IMG/VR virus record: IMGVR_UViG_3300033076_000750
Location: 1 to 63,983 of that record
Length of the DNA stretch: 63,983 nt
Origin: a virus
Lineage: Duplodnaviria; Caudoviricetes
Strand: one strand, 5' to 3'
Part shown: positions 30,261-40,135 of the stretch, in pieces
How the letters are laid out: each line of letters opens with the position of its first letter
Numbering within the stretch: position 1 is the first letter of the stretch
The notes under the pieces: generated by a model
The model's database searches: none
Seen by the model: the letters and a program-made list of their open reading frames with translations, nothing else
What the model was told of the DNA's origin: nothing
Program-made: the position numbers and the translations under genes

Positions 30261-31916
30261 ATGATCACATCACTCAAGACCAACGCACGCGCCAAGAACC
30301 GCGACCTCACATTCACCAAGCCCATCGTCGTCATCACTGGCGACAATCAAGCTGGTAAGACCTCGATCCTCGATAGCCTCACCCTGGCACTCCTCGGATA
30401 CATCCCTCGCCTTGGCAAGACTAACGAGAAGCTCAGCTCAGTCATCGGCTGGAGCGGAGTCCTGGACATCCAGGCTGAATTGTGGAGCAACCTCGACCCG
30501 AGCCTCCTCTACAAGCGCAAGTTCCGCCTCTCTGGCAACGAGGTGGATGGCTACAAGAAGTCTGCGGACAAGGAGCCGCTGTGCTCTGCGGCATTCGATG
30601 CACGCTTGTTCCTCAACAGTGGGCCAACTGCCCGCATTGAGATCATCCAGCGTGCGCTCGGCGCTCAGCTCGCCATCTCACCAGCCGATGTCAGAAACAT
30701 CATCCAGAAGGCGATCACTGACGCCAAAGGTCAGCACGTCTTGTCGAAGGGTAAGCCATCCCTCAATGAGTCCCTGGACTTGTGGTGGGATGAGGTGGCA
30801 GGCCAGACGAAAGTGCTTACCGACCAGATCGCTCGTTACGCTGGCTCTGCGCTAACCAACATGGAGACGAGCGAATCGCCACCCGAATACTCAGCGGACG
30901 AACACGCCAGGGTCACAAAGAGCCGAAACGAACTCGATGCTCGCCTTGCTGACATTGACCACCGGCTCAACGCCCAGGATGTTGAGATTCAGCGCTCCCA
31001 AGCCATTCTCGAAGCCTTCAGCTTCACTGATGAGGGCGAGATCACCAAGCTCACCCTCAAGCTCGAAGAACTCCGCCGCCAGTCCATTGAAATTGCTGGC
31101 AAGATGGTCGAGTGTGAGTCCAAGGATTCTGGTGATCGCAAATGTCCAACTTGCGGACAGGGAGTTCGCCACACCGTTGAGCAGTCCGATGAGTGGCACA
31201 ACCTTGACCAGAAGAGCGTGGAGATCGCAGGCTCCATTGCTGAACTCGAAGACGAGTTGAGCGGCATGAAGCCCCCGGCGCTCAAAGCCAAGCATGATGA
31301 CATCATCAAGGGCGGAGAGGCGGCAATCCTCGAACTCCAGACGCTTCGCGAGCAGACGCTCACCTTCCTCGACACTGCCAACGCAGCCCTCGCTGACTAC
31401 GAGGCGCAAGAAGCAGCGCTCCGTGCATGGGACACCAAGCAGGAACTCGACAAACAGGTCCAGCGCAGCCGCGAGCAGGCAGAGATCAACCTCGAAGCAA
31501 TGAAGGCGGCGAAAGCAGCCCTCGACAAGCTCTACAAGGAATCGACGGAGAAAGTCCTTGGTCCGGTCATGGGTGTGGCGAACCAACTGCTCGTTGGAAT
31601 CCTTCCGCGCCCGCTGACGCATCGTGGATTCAATCTAGGCTACTGGACCCCTGAAGAGAAGTGGGTGCCTATCGAAGGATTCTGCGGGGCAGAGGAGGCG
31701 GCAGCAACCATCGCGTTCACCGCTGCACTCGCATCGACTGACAAGCTGAAGATCGCGATTCTGGACGAAGTCGGCAACCTGGATGAGCGCATCCTCAAGC
31801 GCTTTATCGTGAACCTGGAGCAGGCGATCAAGCACAAGACGCTCGATCAGGTGTTCTTGGCTGGAGTTCGCATCGACCCAGAGGACTCGGAACTTGTGCA
31901 GGTAATCAGCCTGTGA
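30261..31916 (+). CDS. Rad50/SbcC-like SMC ATPase
   Basis: Walker A GDNQAGKTS, coiled coil with CPTC hook, Walker B AILDE. Confidence 0.85.
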   Translation: MITSLKTNARAKNRDLTFTKPIVVITGDNQAGKTSILDSLTLALLGYIPRLGKTNEKLSSVIGWSGVLDIQAELWSNLDPSLLYKRKFRLSGNEVDGYKKSADKEPLCSAAFDARLFLNSGPTARIEIIQRALGAQLAISPADVRNIIQKAITDAKGQHVLSKGKPSLNESLDLWWDEVAGQTKVLTDQIARYAGSALTNMETSESPPEYSADEHARVTKSRNELDARLADIDHRLNAQDVEIQRSQAILEAFSFTDEGEITKLTLKLEELRRQSIEIAGKMVECESKDSGDRKCPTCGQGVRHTVEQSDEWHNLDQKSVEIAGSIAELEDELSGMKPPALKAKHDDIIKGGEAAILELQTLREQTLTFLDTANAALADYEAQEAALRAWDTKQELDKQVQRSREQAEINLEAMKAAKAALDKLYKESTEKVLGPVMGVANQLLVGILPRPLTHRGFNLGYWTPEEKWVPIEGFCGAEEAAATIAFTAALASTDKLKIAILDEVGNLDERILKRFIVNLEQAIKHKTLDQVFLAGVRIDPEDSELVQVISL

Positions 31917-31922
31917 AACAAT

Positions 31923-31944
31923 GGGGCTGGCTTCGGTCAGCCCC
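31923..31944 (+). other. Stable cUUCGg hairpin
   Basis: GGGGCTGGC-TTCG-GTCAGCCCC, intergenic, no U-tract. Confidence 0.55.
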
Positions 31945-31962
31945 TCAACATTTAATCACCAA

Positions 31963-33198
31963 ATGCAACCTAACCAACAGCAGCTCAACTTCATCAACGC
32001 GCCAGACAACCGCATTGTGCTGTCCGCAGTCCCAGGCTCCGGCAAGACGCACAGCATAGCGCTGAAGATCGCGCACGAAGTCAGAATACTCGGCATCGAC
32101 CGATCCAAGATCGTGTGCCTGACTTATACCGTCGCCGGAGCCGAAGCGATCAAGAAACGTCTTGCCGATGTTCTGGGGTGGGATCGTCTGGTTCGTATTG
32201 GTATAGCGCCACACAGCGGGCCTGGACCAATCGGCTTCTGCGGGACCATAGACGCATACTGCAAACTGATCCTGGACACGTTCGGCGGGAAGCTCGGCTA
32301 CCGAACCGAGGTGTCGGTTCACGATGAACACGCTCGGTCCATCATTCGCGACAAGCTCAAACTCGCCAATTTAAAGCAAAAATCAGACTTGGAAAAGGTG
32401 TTCGGGATTCTCGGTGCCGAACCAACGCTGCTCATCACCCCACACCACATCGTAGCCAGAGCTGTGCTCATGGAGATGCGCAGGCTCAGCATCGGCACGT
32501 TCCAAAGCATCAAGCTCGAAGCCATCCGTGTGATGAAAGATGCGGATAAATTCTGGGAGATCGAGTCACTTCACCTGGACGAGGCGCAGGACATGAACGC
32601 CGAAGACTGGATCGTCGCGGACTCGATCAACACGCCGCGCATGACGGTAGTTGGCGACGAAGACCAGACGCTCTACGAATTCCGTGGGGCTGTCCCATCC
32701 GAGTTCCTGGATTGCCAAGGCACCAGGATGACGCTCACCACCAACTATCGCTCTGCCCGATTGATCGTGGAGGCATCGAACAGACTCGTCGCCCACAACC
32801 GGCAGCGAGTCGCTAAGGCAGGGGTCGCCGCGAGCCAGGAAGAGGGCATTCTGCGCGTTTTGCCGCCAGCTACGCCATATCACCTTGCCAACGTCATTCA
32901 GGCCACGCAGAGCGCAAATGCGAGCCTCGCAGTGCTGTTCCGCTACAACAAGGAGGTCGATCTACTGCGCGAGGAGTTAAAACGGCATTCAAACACCGTT
33001 AAAACCAACGTCCACATCGGCACCATCCACAGCGCCAAGGGGCTCGAATTCGACCGGGTGATCCTCAACGATTGGGAGCCATCGAACGTGGACGAGGAAG
33101 AGCGCCGACTGTTCTACGTTGGCATGACTCGCGCCAAGTCACAGCTCGACATCGTCACCGAGCGGCAATCACCATTCACGACGGAGGCTGGGCTGTGA
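31963..33198 (+). CDS. UvrD/Rep-family SF1 helicase (compact)
   Basis: AVPGSGKT, DEAQD, VGDEDQ, NYRS, TIHSAKGLEF, EERRLFYVGMTRA. Confidence 0.9.
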   Translation: MQPNQQQLNFINAPDNRIVLSAVPGSGKTHSIALKIAHEVRILGIDRSKIVCLTYTVAGAEAIKKRLADVLGWDRLVRIGIAPHSGPGPIGFCGTIDAYCKLILDTFGGKLGYRTEVSVHDEHARSIIRDKLKLANLKQKSDLEKVFGILGAEPTLLITPHHIVARAVLMEMRRLSIGTFQSIKLEAIRVMKDADKFWEIESLHLDEAQDMNAEDWIVADSINTPRMTVVGDEDQTLYEFRGAVPSEFLDCQGTRMTLTTNYRSARLIVEASNRLVAHNRQRVAKAGVAASQEEGILRVLPPATPYHLANVIQATQSANASLAVLFRYNKEVDLLREELKRHSNTVKTNVHIGTIHSAKGLEFDRVILNDWEPSNVDEEERRLFYVGMTRAKSQLDIVTERQSPFTTEAGL

Positions 33199-33596
33199 GC
33201 AATCCCGACTTCAACTTCAAATTTCCAGGCGATAAGAAGATCATGGACAGCCTGAAAGAGTGGTCAGAAAAGTTCCGCAAGCAGTCGCTTTACCTCCAGG
33301 AGAAGGCCGGACTCGCGATGGTCAATCGCAAGCACCCTAACGAATTCGATGACGAGGAGATCGCTGGGTGCGCGGCCAAGGTGATGACACCATGGTCAGC
33401 GATGTGGACATCGAAAGAAGAGCCACGAGTCTCGATCACAATGGACGAGAACGGCTACACCATCGCCGAACCACAGCCCCCAGGCTCGATCAGCGCCTCG
33501 CTTGTCTGGGTGACGTTCGCTCAGCTCGATGAGGTCGAGGCTCTTCTACCGGCCTACGGATACAGGAAGGTTGACGGCAAGTGGCAACGCGGATAG
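33195..33596 (+). CDS. Hypothetical protein
   Basis: GTGA-coupled ORF. Confidence 0.6.
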   Translation: MSNPDFNFKFPGDKKIMDSLKEWSEKFRKQSLYLQEKAGLAMVNRKHPNEFDDEEIAGCAAKVMTPWSAMWTSKEEPRVSITMDENGYTIAEPQPPGSISASLVWVTFAQLDEVEALLPAYGYRKVDGKWQRG

Positions 33597-33627
33597 GATC
33601 ACGATCACCAAACTACTAAACACCAAA

Positions 33628-34098
33628 ATGAGCACGATGAACACCAACACACCAGAAACTGACGCCGCTTGCGGAGCAGGAAACTTCATACACTGCGTTG
33701 ATGATGACTTCGCCCGCAAGCTCGAACGCGAGCGAGACGAGGCCAGAGCCAAACACGCAGCCGATGTCGAAGAACTCAACCAGCGGCTTATTAAGCGTCA
33801 GCAGGATATGCTGTCGGTCATTATTGATCTGCGTAATGAAAAAAGAGAAATCGAGCGCGATCTGAACGCTGTCCTCACATCGCTAAACGCCCACGAAGCA
33901 GCCGAGGGATGCCTCACGGCCAGGGGGATGCGGGGTGCGATCAAGGAGGCGCAAATCATGCTAGAGAACTGCTATCAAGTTCACCGCGCTATCACTTTGC
34001 ATGCCCCACAAACCGAAGAAGACAAAGCGGCTAACCGTGGGCACTGCGACAACATCAGCGCCACCCTCGCCAAACTCCAGCCCTTCCTCAAGCCATGA
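33628..34098 (+). CDS. Hypothetical coiled-coil protein
   Basis: TPETDA...FARKLERERDEAR. Confidence 0.65.
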   Translation: MSTMNTNTPETDAACGAGNFIHCVDDDFARKLERERDEARAKHAADVEELNQRLIKRQQDMLSVIIDLRNEKREIERDLNAVLTSLNAHEAAEGCLTARGMRGAIKEAQIMLENCYQVHRAITLHAPQTEEDKAANRGHCDNISATLAKLQPFLKP

Positions 34099-34298
34099 GC
34101 GACGACCCAACAGACTACGAGCCACGCCCAGCGCATGACGCCGTGGCATTCGAGAAATCACACTGGAACACGTTCGAGCATGTGATGAGCCGGATGAGCG
34201 GCTACCAGATTGGCGAGGCTCTCCGCATCAAGGCCAGCAAGCCCACCTTCTGCCACCAACTCGGAATCGACTTCAACAAGCTACCACACTGCATTTGA
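34095..34298 (+). CDS. Hypothetical protein
   Basis: ATGA-coupled. Confidence 0.55.
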   Translation: MSDDPTDYEPRPAHDAVAFEKSHWNTFEHVMSRMSGYQIGEALRIKASKPTFCHQLGIDFNKLPHCI

Positions 34299-34299
34299 T

Positions 34300-35103
34300 A
34301 TGACCGAACCTGGAGGAAAATTGAATCAGGACACGTCGGGAATGAACGTGATCTTCGTCCACTCGTCACTCGATGACGCTGGACTCTCTGCCTATGCCTT
34401 CCGCATTTACTGCCACATTGCCCGTCGCGCCAACCAGACGGGTCATGCTTGGCCTGGAATCGAGTCCATAGCCAAAGTGTGCGGCATCAGCAAGAACACG
34501 GTTAAAAGCGCCATTGCTGAGCTTGAGGAGCGCCAGATGCTGAAGGTCATCCGCTCCGAAGGTGGACGCCACTCGAATCGCTACTTCCTCACTCGTGCTG
34601 CTGTTTGGACAAATGCACCGGGTCAGGAGATGACCGGGTCAGGAGATGACCGGGTCATAGAATGCACGGCTCCCGGTCAGGAGATGACCAGCAGGGGGTC
34701 AGGAGAAGGCTCCGAAGGTAATCCATCAAGGAAATCCAATGAAGGAAATCCTGATATGGGTGACAGGTCCGAACTCCGACCTACTCCAGAACCATTCTCA
34801 AACGAAGACCCAGACATGATCGAGATCGGCAAGATGCTCCGCGATCCCAAGTTCCTCATCCGCGAGGCAGTTCACAAGTGGTTCAAACGCCGCGTCAATA
34901 CCAAGTGGTCGAAGGTCGAGGACAAGGCGCTCACTGAACTTGCCAAAACCTATGCCTCGGTGCCGCTCGATGAGCTGCGCGAAGACATCGACATCCTCGA
35001 ATGGTATTACACGGTCAGCGGTTGCGAGTTCCTCCGCCGTGATGTAAAGACGCTGCTCAACAACTGGCAGGGCGAGATCGACCGGGCCAAAGAATACCGA
35101 TGA
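34300..35103 (+). CDS. Replication initiator with N-terminal wHTH (HTH_36, lambda O-like)
   Basis: AFRIYCHIARRA..AWPGIESIAKVCGISKNTVKSAIAELEE..SNRY; internal iterons; upstream of DnaB. Confidence 0.75.
   Translation: MTEPGGKLNQDTSGMNVIFVHSSLDDAGLSAYAFRIYCHIARRANQTGHAWPGIESIAKVCGISKNTVKSAIAELEERQMLKVIRSEGGRHSNRYFLTRAAVWTNAPGQEMTGSGDDRVIECTAPGQEMTSRGSGEGSEGNPSRKSNEGNPDMGDRSELRPTPEPFSNEDPDMIEIGKMLRDPKFLIREAVHKWFKRRVNTKWSKVEDKALTELAKTYASVPLDELREDIDILEWYYTVSGCEFLRRDVKTLLNNWQGEIDRAKEYR
34617..34710. repeat. Iteron-like repeats (putative origin)
   Basis: ACCGGGTCAGGAGATG x2 plus 3 variants; core GGTCA-N5-TGACC. Confidence 0.7.
34766..34781. promoter_or_regulatory. 16-bp operator site next to the iterons
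   Basis: TGACA-GGTCCGAACTCCGACC-TACT. Confidence 0.7.
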
Positions 35104-35606
35104 AAACCATTCCCATAACCAACCCAAATCCCGAAGCAGTAAAAAGATTTTGGGCAAAAATAAACAAAGATGGATCAACTCAGCCGCACATGGATTCACC
35201 ATGCTGGCTGTGGACTGCCGGGAAGTTTCCAGACGGATATGGATCATTCAGATTGCAAGGCAGGATGACTTTGGCTCATCGAGTAGCCTGGATTATAGAA
35301 AACGGCCCAATTCCCAATGGTGCCTGCATTCTACACCAATGCGATAATCCAGGGTGCTGTCGCCCATCTCACTGCAAACCCGGAACGCACTCGGAGAACA
35401 TGAACGATAGGGACGATAAGGGTAGGCAAGCTAGACAGAAGGGTTCAAGCCACGGGAGGTCCAAACTAACAAACGATCAAGTTATTCAAATTCGCGAGAT
35501 TCACAAAGCTGGACAGACTACTTACAGAACACTTGCCGATAAGTTCAATGTCAGCCACTCACTCATCAGCTTTATCATAACCAGAAAATTATGGCAGCAC
35601 ATATAA
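35100..35606 (+). CDS. HNH homing endonuclease
   Basis: RFWAKI..CWLWT..YG..AHRVAW..LHQCDNPGCCRPSH..GTHSENM; AT-richer than flanks. Confidence 0.85.
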   Translation: MKTIPITNPNPEAVKRFWAKINKDGSTQPHMDSPCWLWTAGKFPDGYGSFRLQGRMTLAHRVAWIIENGPIPNGACILHQCDNPGCCRPSHCKPGTHSENMNDRDDKGRQARQKGSSHGRSKLTNDQVIQIREIHKAGQTTYRTLADKFNVSHSLISFIITRKLWQHI

Positions 35607-35617
35607 AACCAACGCCA

Positions 35618-36115
35618 ATGAACGAAAACAAAATCCAATGTGCTCTGTTCCTGGACCTCCAAGCCAGCCACAAACTCGTGATGCCAAACTTCTCTCCGCC
35701 TAACTGGTGGGAGAACGACATCATGGCCGTAACCAACTCCGACTATTGGGTGGAGCACGAGATCAAGGTGTCGGTCGCCGACTTCAAGAAGGATGCAACC
35801 AAGGTGAAGGATGAGCGCGGGATAAACAACTGGAGAACTGGCAGGACAATCAACAAGCACGAGGTGATCGCGGCAAAAGATGGTCGTGGTCCATCACGCT
35901 TCTACTTCGTGGTCGTCACCGGCATGGAGAACAATATCACTATCCCAGAATGGGCAGGACTCAAAATTGCTCACCCATACAAGGATCGGGCGGTCATCTC
36001 CACACATAAAAAAGCCCCTCAACTCCACAAGAATAAAATAGACCCGAAGATCATTGACGGGGCACGAGCAGCCTGCTACTGGCGCATGTGGAGTTATAAA
36101 AAGAATAACGCCTAA
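35618..36115 (+). CDS. MmcB-like PD-(D/E)xK protein
   Basis: END...EHEIKVSVADFKKD..RFYFV. Confidence 0.6.
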   Translation: MNENKIQCALFLDLQASHKLVMPNFSPPNWWENDIMAVTNSDYWVEHEIKVSVADFKKDATKVKDERGINNWRTGRTINKHEVIAAKDGRGPSRFYFVVVTGMENNITIPEWAGLKIAHPYKDRAVISTHKKAPQLHKNKIDPKIIDGARAACYWRMWSYKKNNA

Positions 36116-36131
36116 CCAACACCAAATACCA

Positions 36132-37556
36132 ATGTCCAAATCATCATTCCAAAAGAAGCCCTTCTCTCCAGAGGAAATCCTGGCAAACATCAACAAGGCT
36201 CTACCTTTCTCAGATGAGGCTGAGAAAGGCGTCATAAGCTCGCTGATGCAAGACCCTGAGAGATTCGACCATCTCACGTTCGGACCCGTTGCATTCTACC
36301 ATGAGGCAAACAGAACGATCATGGAGGAGATGATCGAGATGAACGCCTCCCGTGAGCCGCTCGATCCAGTTCTTCTCACGCGCAGGCTCAGAGACAAAAA
36401 CATTCTCGATAAGGTTGGCGGACCATCGGCAATCTCTGAGGCGTTCACGTTTGTCCCAAGCCCATCACACTTTCAGCACTACGCAAAGATTGTCGCCGAC
36501 AAGCATTACGATAGGATGGCAATCGCTCGCTGCGCATCCATCATCTACGACATACAGAACAAGGGGTTGGACCAAGTCATTCCTGTCACAGAGCGCCTGC
36601 GAGAGGTCGCTGAAGAGATTGACAACTCAGACCTCGAAACCCCCGATGAGTCGATGAAAGAGCTGATTGGCAAACTCGTGGACGAGGTTGGATACAACAT
36701 GGAGAACCAAGGCAAGCTGAAGGGCGTGTCAACCGGATGGACGGAGATCGACAACAATACTGGAGGCTACTATGGAAGCAGGTTGTGGGTGATTACCGGA
36801 GAATCTGGCGACGGCAAATCGACACTCAGCCGCCAACTGATAGAGGAGTATTTGCGAGCCGAAGTGTGGCACAATGGAAGCATGATGCCATACACGCACA
36901 AGGCGGCGATCTACACCTATGAGATGGCACCAGTTAAGGAGGCTGCGCGCATGGTAAGCTCCATCGGTCGCATCGACTCTGACGCAATGAAGAGCGGCAA
37001 GTTCTCGGGCGCTCAGCTTGAGGGGTTCCAAAAGGCGACGAAAGAGATCACCAGCTTCGACCTTGTGATCAAGAACGTGAGCGGCAAGAGCGTGCAATGG
37101 ATCATCCGCGACATCCGCCGCCGCCGCCGCAAGCTCAAGCCAGGGCAGCGCTTTGTTGCTGAGATCGACTACGTCCAGCTCATCACGACAGACGAGAAGA
37201 ACCACGAACGCCGCCAGATGGAGATCGCGAGCATCACCCGCAAGCTGCACGACCTGTGCATGACCGAGGACATCGACATCATCCTGCCATCACAGGTCAA
37301 CGATGACGGTAAAGCTCGCGAAGCCGCCGACATCAAGAACGACGCAGACGTGAAGATCGACATCGTGCGCGAGGAAGAGGAAAAGAAAAGCAAAGGCGGT
37401 TACGCCGCATACAAGGGGCAGGAGCCTGATGCCGAAGCCGACACCGGCATTCGCCGCCGAATTCTCCGCTGCGATAAGAACCGAGACGGCTCACCCAACT
37501 GGAAAATCAAGGTTAAACTCATCGGTCCACAATTTCGCTTCACCCCAGAATTCTAA
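36132..37556 (+). CDS. dnaB: Replicative DnaB-like helicase
   Basis: LPFSDEAEKGV, GESGDGKST, YEM, IDYVQL, SQVND, KNRDG. Confidence 0.9.
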   Translation: MSKSSFQKKPFSPEEILANINKALPFSDEAEKGVISSLMQDPERFDHLTFGPVAFYHEANRTIMEEMIEMNASREPLDPVLLTRRLRDKNILDKVGGPSAISEAFTFVPSPSHFQHYAKIVADKHYDRMAIARCASIIYDIQNKGLDQVIPVTERLREVAEEIDNSDLETPDESMKELIGKLVDEVGYNMENQGKLKGVSTGWTEIDNNTGGYYGSRLWVITGESGDGKSTLSRQLIEEYLRAEVWHNGSMMPYTHKAAIYTYEMAPVKEAARMVSSIGRIDSDAMKSGKFSGAQLEGFQKATKEITSFDLVIKNVSGKSVQWIIRDIRRRRRKLKPGQRFVAEIDYVQLITTDEKNHERRQMEIASITRKLHDLCMTEDIDIILPSQVNDDGKAREAADIKNDADVKIDIVREEEEKKSKGGYAAYKGQEPDAEADTGIRRRILRCDKNRDGSPNWKIKVKLIGPQFRFTPEF

Positions 37557-37605
37557 TCGACAGCGCCAATCCAAGCGCTCATAGTAAAGCTCACCAAACA
37601 CCACA

Positions 37606-38070
37606 ATGACCCCCACATCGCCCGAAAATATCATCTCCATGTTCGTAGCTGGCCTTCTCCGCGAGAAGCGTTTCCAGATCGAGTCCAAGGACGACGGAGA
37701 CAGCTACACGATCCAGATCGAAACCCCAAGCCGCAACTATGGTCGCGTGCTCGGCGCTCAACGCTCGCACCTCGATGACTTGATCACGCTTGGCAAGCGC
37801 ATCGACCGCAACATCATGGTTGTCCTCCTGGACCCGAACGAGGCTGCGGAAAAGTCCGAGCTTCCAATCATGCCACCGCTGGTCATCGTCCAGGCATTCC
37901 TCGATTTCATCGACGCACATGACGTGCAAGTCATCGAAGGCGACGGGGGAAAGGCAGTGATTCGCGACGACCTTGGATCGCTGAAGTGGGATGTGCGCAA
38001 CGCCATCTCTCGCCTCGCCTTCGACATCGGTCGCACCGCTCGCATCCACTGCGAGATCACCTGGGAGTAA
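37606..38070 (+). CDS. KH-domain (KhpA-like) RNA-binding protein, putative
   Basis: IQIETPSRNYGRVLGAQRSHLDDL. Confidence 0.45.
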   Translation: MTPTSPENIISMFVAGLLREKRFQIESKDDGDSYTIQIETPSRNYGRVLGAQRSHLDDLITLGKRIDRNIMVVLLDPNEAAEKSELPIMPPLVIVQAFLDFIDAHDVQVIEGDGGKAVIRDDLGSLKWDVRNAISRLAFDIGRTARIHCEITWE

Positions 38071-38073
38071 CCC

Positions 38074-38289
38074 ATGAAATGCATACTTCCAAGCAACTCG
38101 ATCATCCATATCAACGGATTCCCATGCAGAACCAAGTTTGATACGGTTATCGAAACAGAAACACCGCTCAGTCTTGAACCTTGGGACAAATGGCTCATTC
38201 CTCGTGTCTGCTTGAAGGTCGCGTTACTGATAGGTGCAGTCATCTACATAATGTATGCGTTGTCCAAACAAATCAGCGTGATGTTGTAG
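38074..38289 (+). CDS. Small membrane protein
   Basis: C-terminal hydrophobic helix. Confidence 0.5.
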   Translation: MKCILPSNSIIHINGFPCRTKFDTVIETETPLSLEPWDKWLIPRVCLKVALLIGAVIYIMYALSKQISVML

Positions 38290-38317
38290 GATAACAAAGA
38301 GCATAACCAAACGCCCC

Positions 38318-38620
38318 ATGGCAACCAAGTCAGAAACATGGACACCTGAGATCGAGCCGCTAGAAACGATTGGCGAGTTCCGAGTCGAGTCCGAGTCAAA
38401 CCCAGGTCACTACTACATGGTGGACCTGTTCGCCTACGATGGCATGGGCTCCTGCACCTGCCCCGATCACCAATACCGCACAGAGCCAGCGCTCAAAGCC
38501 GATCTGGTGCCGGTCCACGAAAGCTGCAAGCACATCGACAGATGCTACGCTCACGCCGGTCGCGAGTTCGTGAAGATGTTGCTCAAGAGAATCAAAGCTG
38601 GAGAATTCAAACGCCGATGA
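38318..38620 (+). CDS. SWIM zinc-finger protein
   Basis: Y.V...CTCPD...CKHI. Confidence 0.75.
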   Translation: MATKSETWTPEIEPLETIGEFRVESESNPGHYYMVDLFAYDGMGSCTCPDHQYRTEPALKADLVPVHESCKHIDRCYAHAGREFVKMLLKRIKAGEFKRR

Positions 38621-39048
38621 CTGGAGCAGAAAAAAGAAACCGCATGACGGCAGCAGAGTTCCGGGCGCAGTTCGGATCAAAGATTCCATCAACGGTCACG
38701 AATCACGAGAAGCCGCCGATCAGGCTCCCGAAACCCAACGAGCCTAACAAAACAGAGTCTCGATATGGCGATGTGCTTGCCGTTGAGTTCCGTGAGCGAG
38801 ACGGCTACACACTCCAATACGAATGCCTGTCACTGAAGCTCGAAGATGGCACACGCTACACGCCAGACTGGATTGTGTGGAAGGGGGCAGAGATCGTCCT
38901 GGCGGTCGAATGCAAAGGCTCATTCAAGCTCGGGTCCAACGGAAGGTCTGTCGCAGCCTTCAAGCGTGCGATCAGCGACTTCCCGCACATCAAGTTCCGC
39001 TTCGCCCAGGACTCGAAAGACGGCTGGAGGGTAGTCGATTCAAAGTGA
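38617..39048 (+). CDS. DUF1064-like PD-(D/E)xK nuclease/resolvase
   Basis: NKTE..YTPDW..VECKG. Confidence 0.7.
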   Translation: MTGAEKRNRMTAAEFRAQFGSKIPSTVTNHEKPPIRLPKPNEPNKTESRYGDVLAVEFRERDGYTLQYECLSLKLEDGTRYTPDWIVWKGAEIVLAVECKGSFKLGSNGRSVAAFKRAISDFPHIKFRFAQDSKDGWRVVDSK

Positions 39049-39061
39049 TGATAAAAAGACT

Positions 39062-39089
39062 TTGACAGGTCCGAGTTCCGACCCACAAT
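39062..39089 (+). promoter_or_regulatory. Promoter of the ParB-like gene with the operator as spacer
   Basis: TTGACA-GGTCCGAGTTCCGACC-CACAAT. Confidence 0.8.
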
Positions 39090-39136
39090 CACCACCACTG
39101 GCAAACGCCAACCCAAACACCAAACACCCACCTCAC

Positions 39137-40135
39137 ATGAGCAAACCCACTGAAGATAACGTCGTGCTGCCATTCGGCCTGAAAGCACATGAATACGCCG
39201 ACATCCTGCCACTCGCATCAGGCAAGTCCCGCGAAGTCCTACTCGCCAGCCTCTCCACCGGCTTCGATAAAAACCACCCAATCGTGCTCACCAATGGGCT
39301 CGTGCTTGATGGGCGCAACCGACTCATCCTCGGCGCTGAGTCCGGCCTGAAAAAGGAGGACTTCACGTTCCGTGAGTTCAACCCAACCACTGATGGCGAA
39401 AGCGCCCTGGAGTTCGTCTCCCGCGAAAACCTCTCCCGCCGCCATCTCAGCGAAGGTCATCTCAGCCTGATCGCCGTCAACATCGCCAAACTCATCACTG
39501 AAAAGCTGAAGGCGAAGGCAAAGGTCACGAGCGAGGAGTCCACGCCGCCGACTGGAGCCAAGGTCGAGAAGCCGGTCAAAGCCGCTGCCAAGGTGCCATC
39601 CCACGTCGCCCGTGAGGAAGCCGCCAAGGAAGTTGGTGTGAGCACTGATGCGGTCAAGAAGGCCCAGCTCATCGCCAAGTCCCCCGACATATCCAAGCAG
39701 GTCGAAGAGCAGAAAATCTCTCTCGATGCTGCCTACCAAGAAGCCGTTCGTCGTCGTGATGACGAGAAGGCCAAAAAGAACTCCGCCAAAATCAAGGAGG
39801 AGAGGAAGGCAATCCTTGTGAACATCACCAAAGAACTCGGCGCTGATCACCAGTTGGTGAAGGCCGCAACTCGCGGCTCGATCCTCAAGGAGCACCGTGA
39901 GCTGAAGGTCTTCGGCGAACTGCCCAAAGCCCAGAAGCTCGGCATCGCCCCGCTCATCATCCAGAACATCTCGATCAAAGATGCGCTGAAGATCACGAGC
40001 AAGGCACCGGACCTCACATCGACTGTAGATGACCTCATCAACTGGTTCATCGTCCAGCTCGCCAAGGGCAGCAAGAAATCCGCAGAGCTTCGCCTGCCTG
40101 CCGGACTCATCACTTTCACGCCGGGCAAGGCGTAA
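39137..40135 (+). CDS. ParB/Srx-like domain plus HTH DNA-binding protein
   Basis: HPIV...VLDGRNR...ENLSRRHL; HTH REEAAKEVGVSTDAVKKA; ISLDAAY. Confidence 0.75.
   Translation: MSKPTEDNVVLPFGLKAHEYADILPLASGKSREVLLASLSTGFDKNHPIVLTNGLVLDGRNRLILGAESGLKKEDFTFREFNPTTDGESALEFVSRENLSRRHLSEGHLSLIAVNIAKLITEKLKAKAKVTSEESTPPTGAKVEKPVKAAAKVPSHVAREEAAKEVGVSTDAVKKAQLIAKSPDISKQVEEQKISLDAAYQEAVRRRDDEKAKKNSAKIKEERKAILVNITKELGADHQLVKAATRGSILKEHRELKVFGELPKAQKLGIAPLIIQNISIKDALKITSKAPDLTSTVDDLINWFIVQLAKGSKKSAELRLPAGLITFTPGKA

Noticed and set aside
30261-33198. Gabija-type defence system (ATPase + UvrD)
   Set aside because: The ATPase has a long coiled coil with a zinc hook and no TOPRIM domain, and it lies in the replication operon.
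39062-39136. TTG starts at 39062 and 53969 given by the ORF track
   Set aside because: These TTGs are the -35 box TTGACA; the likely starts are ATG 39137 and 54032.
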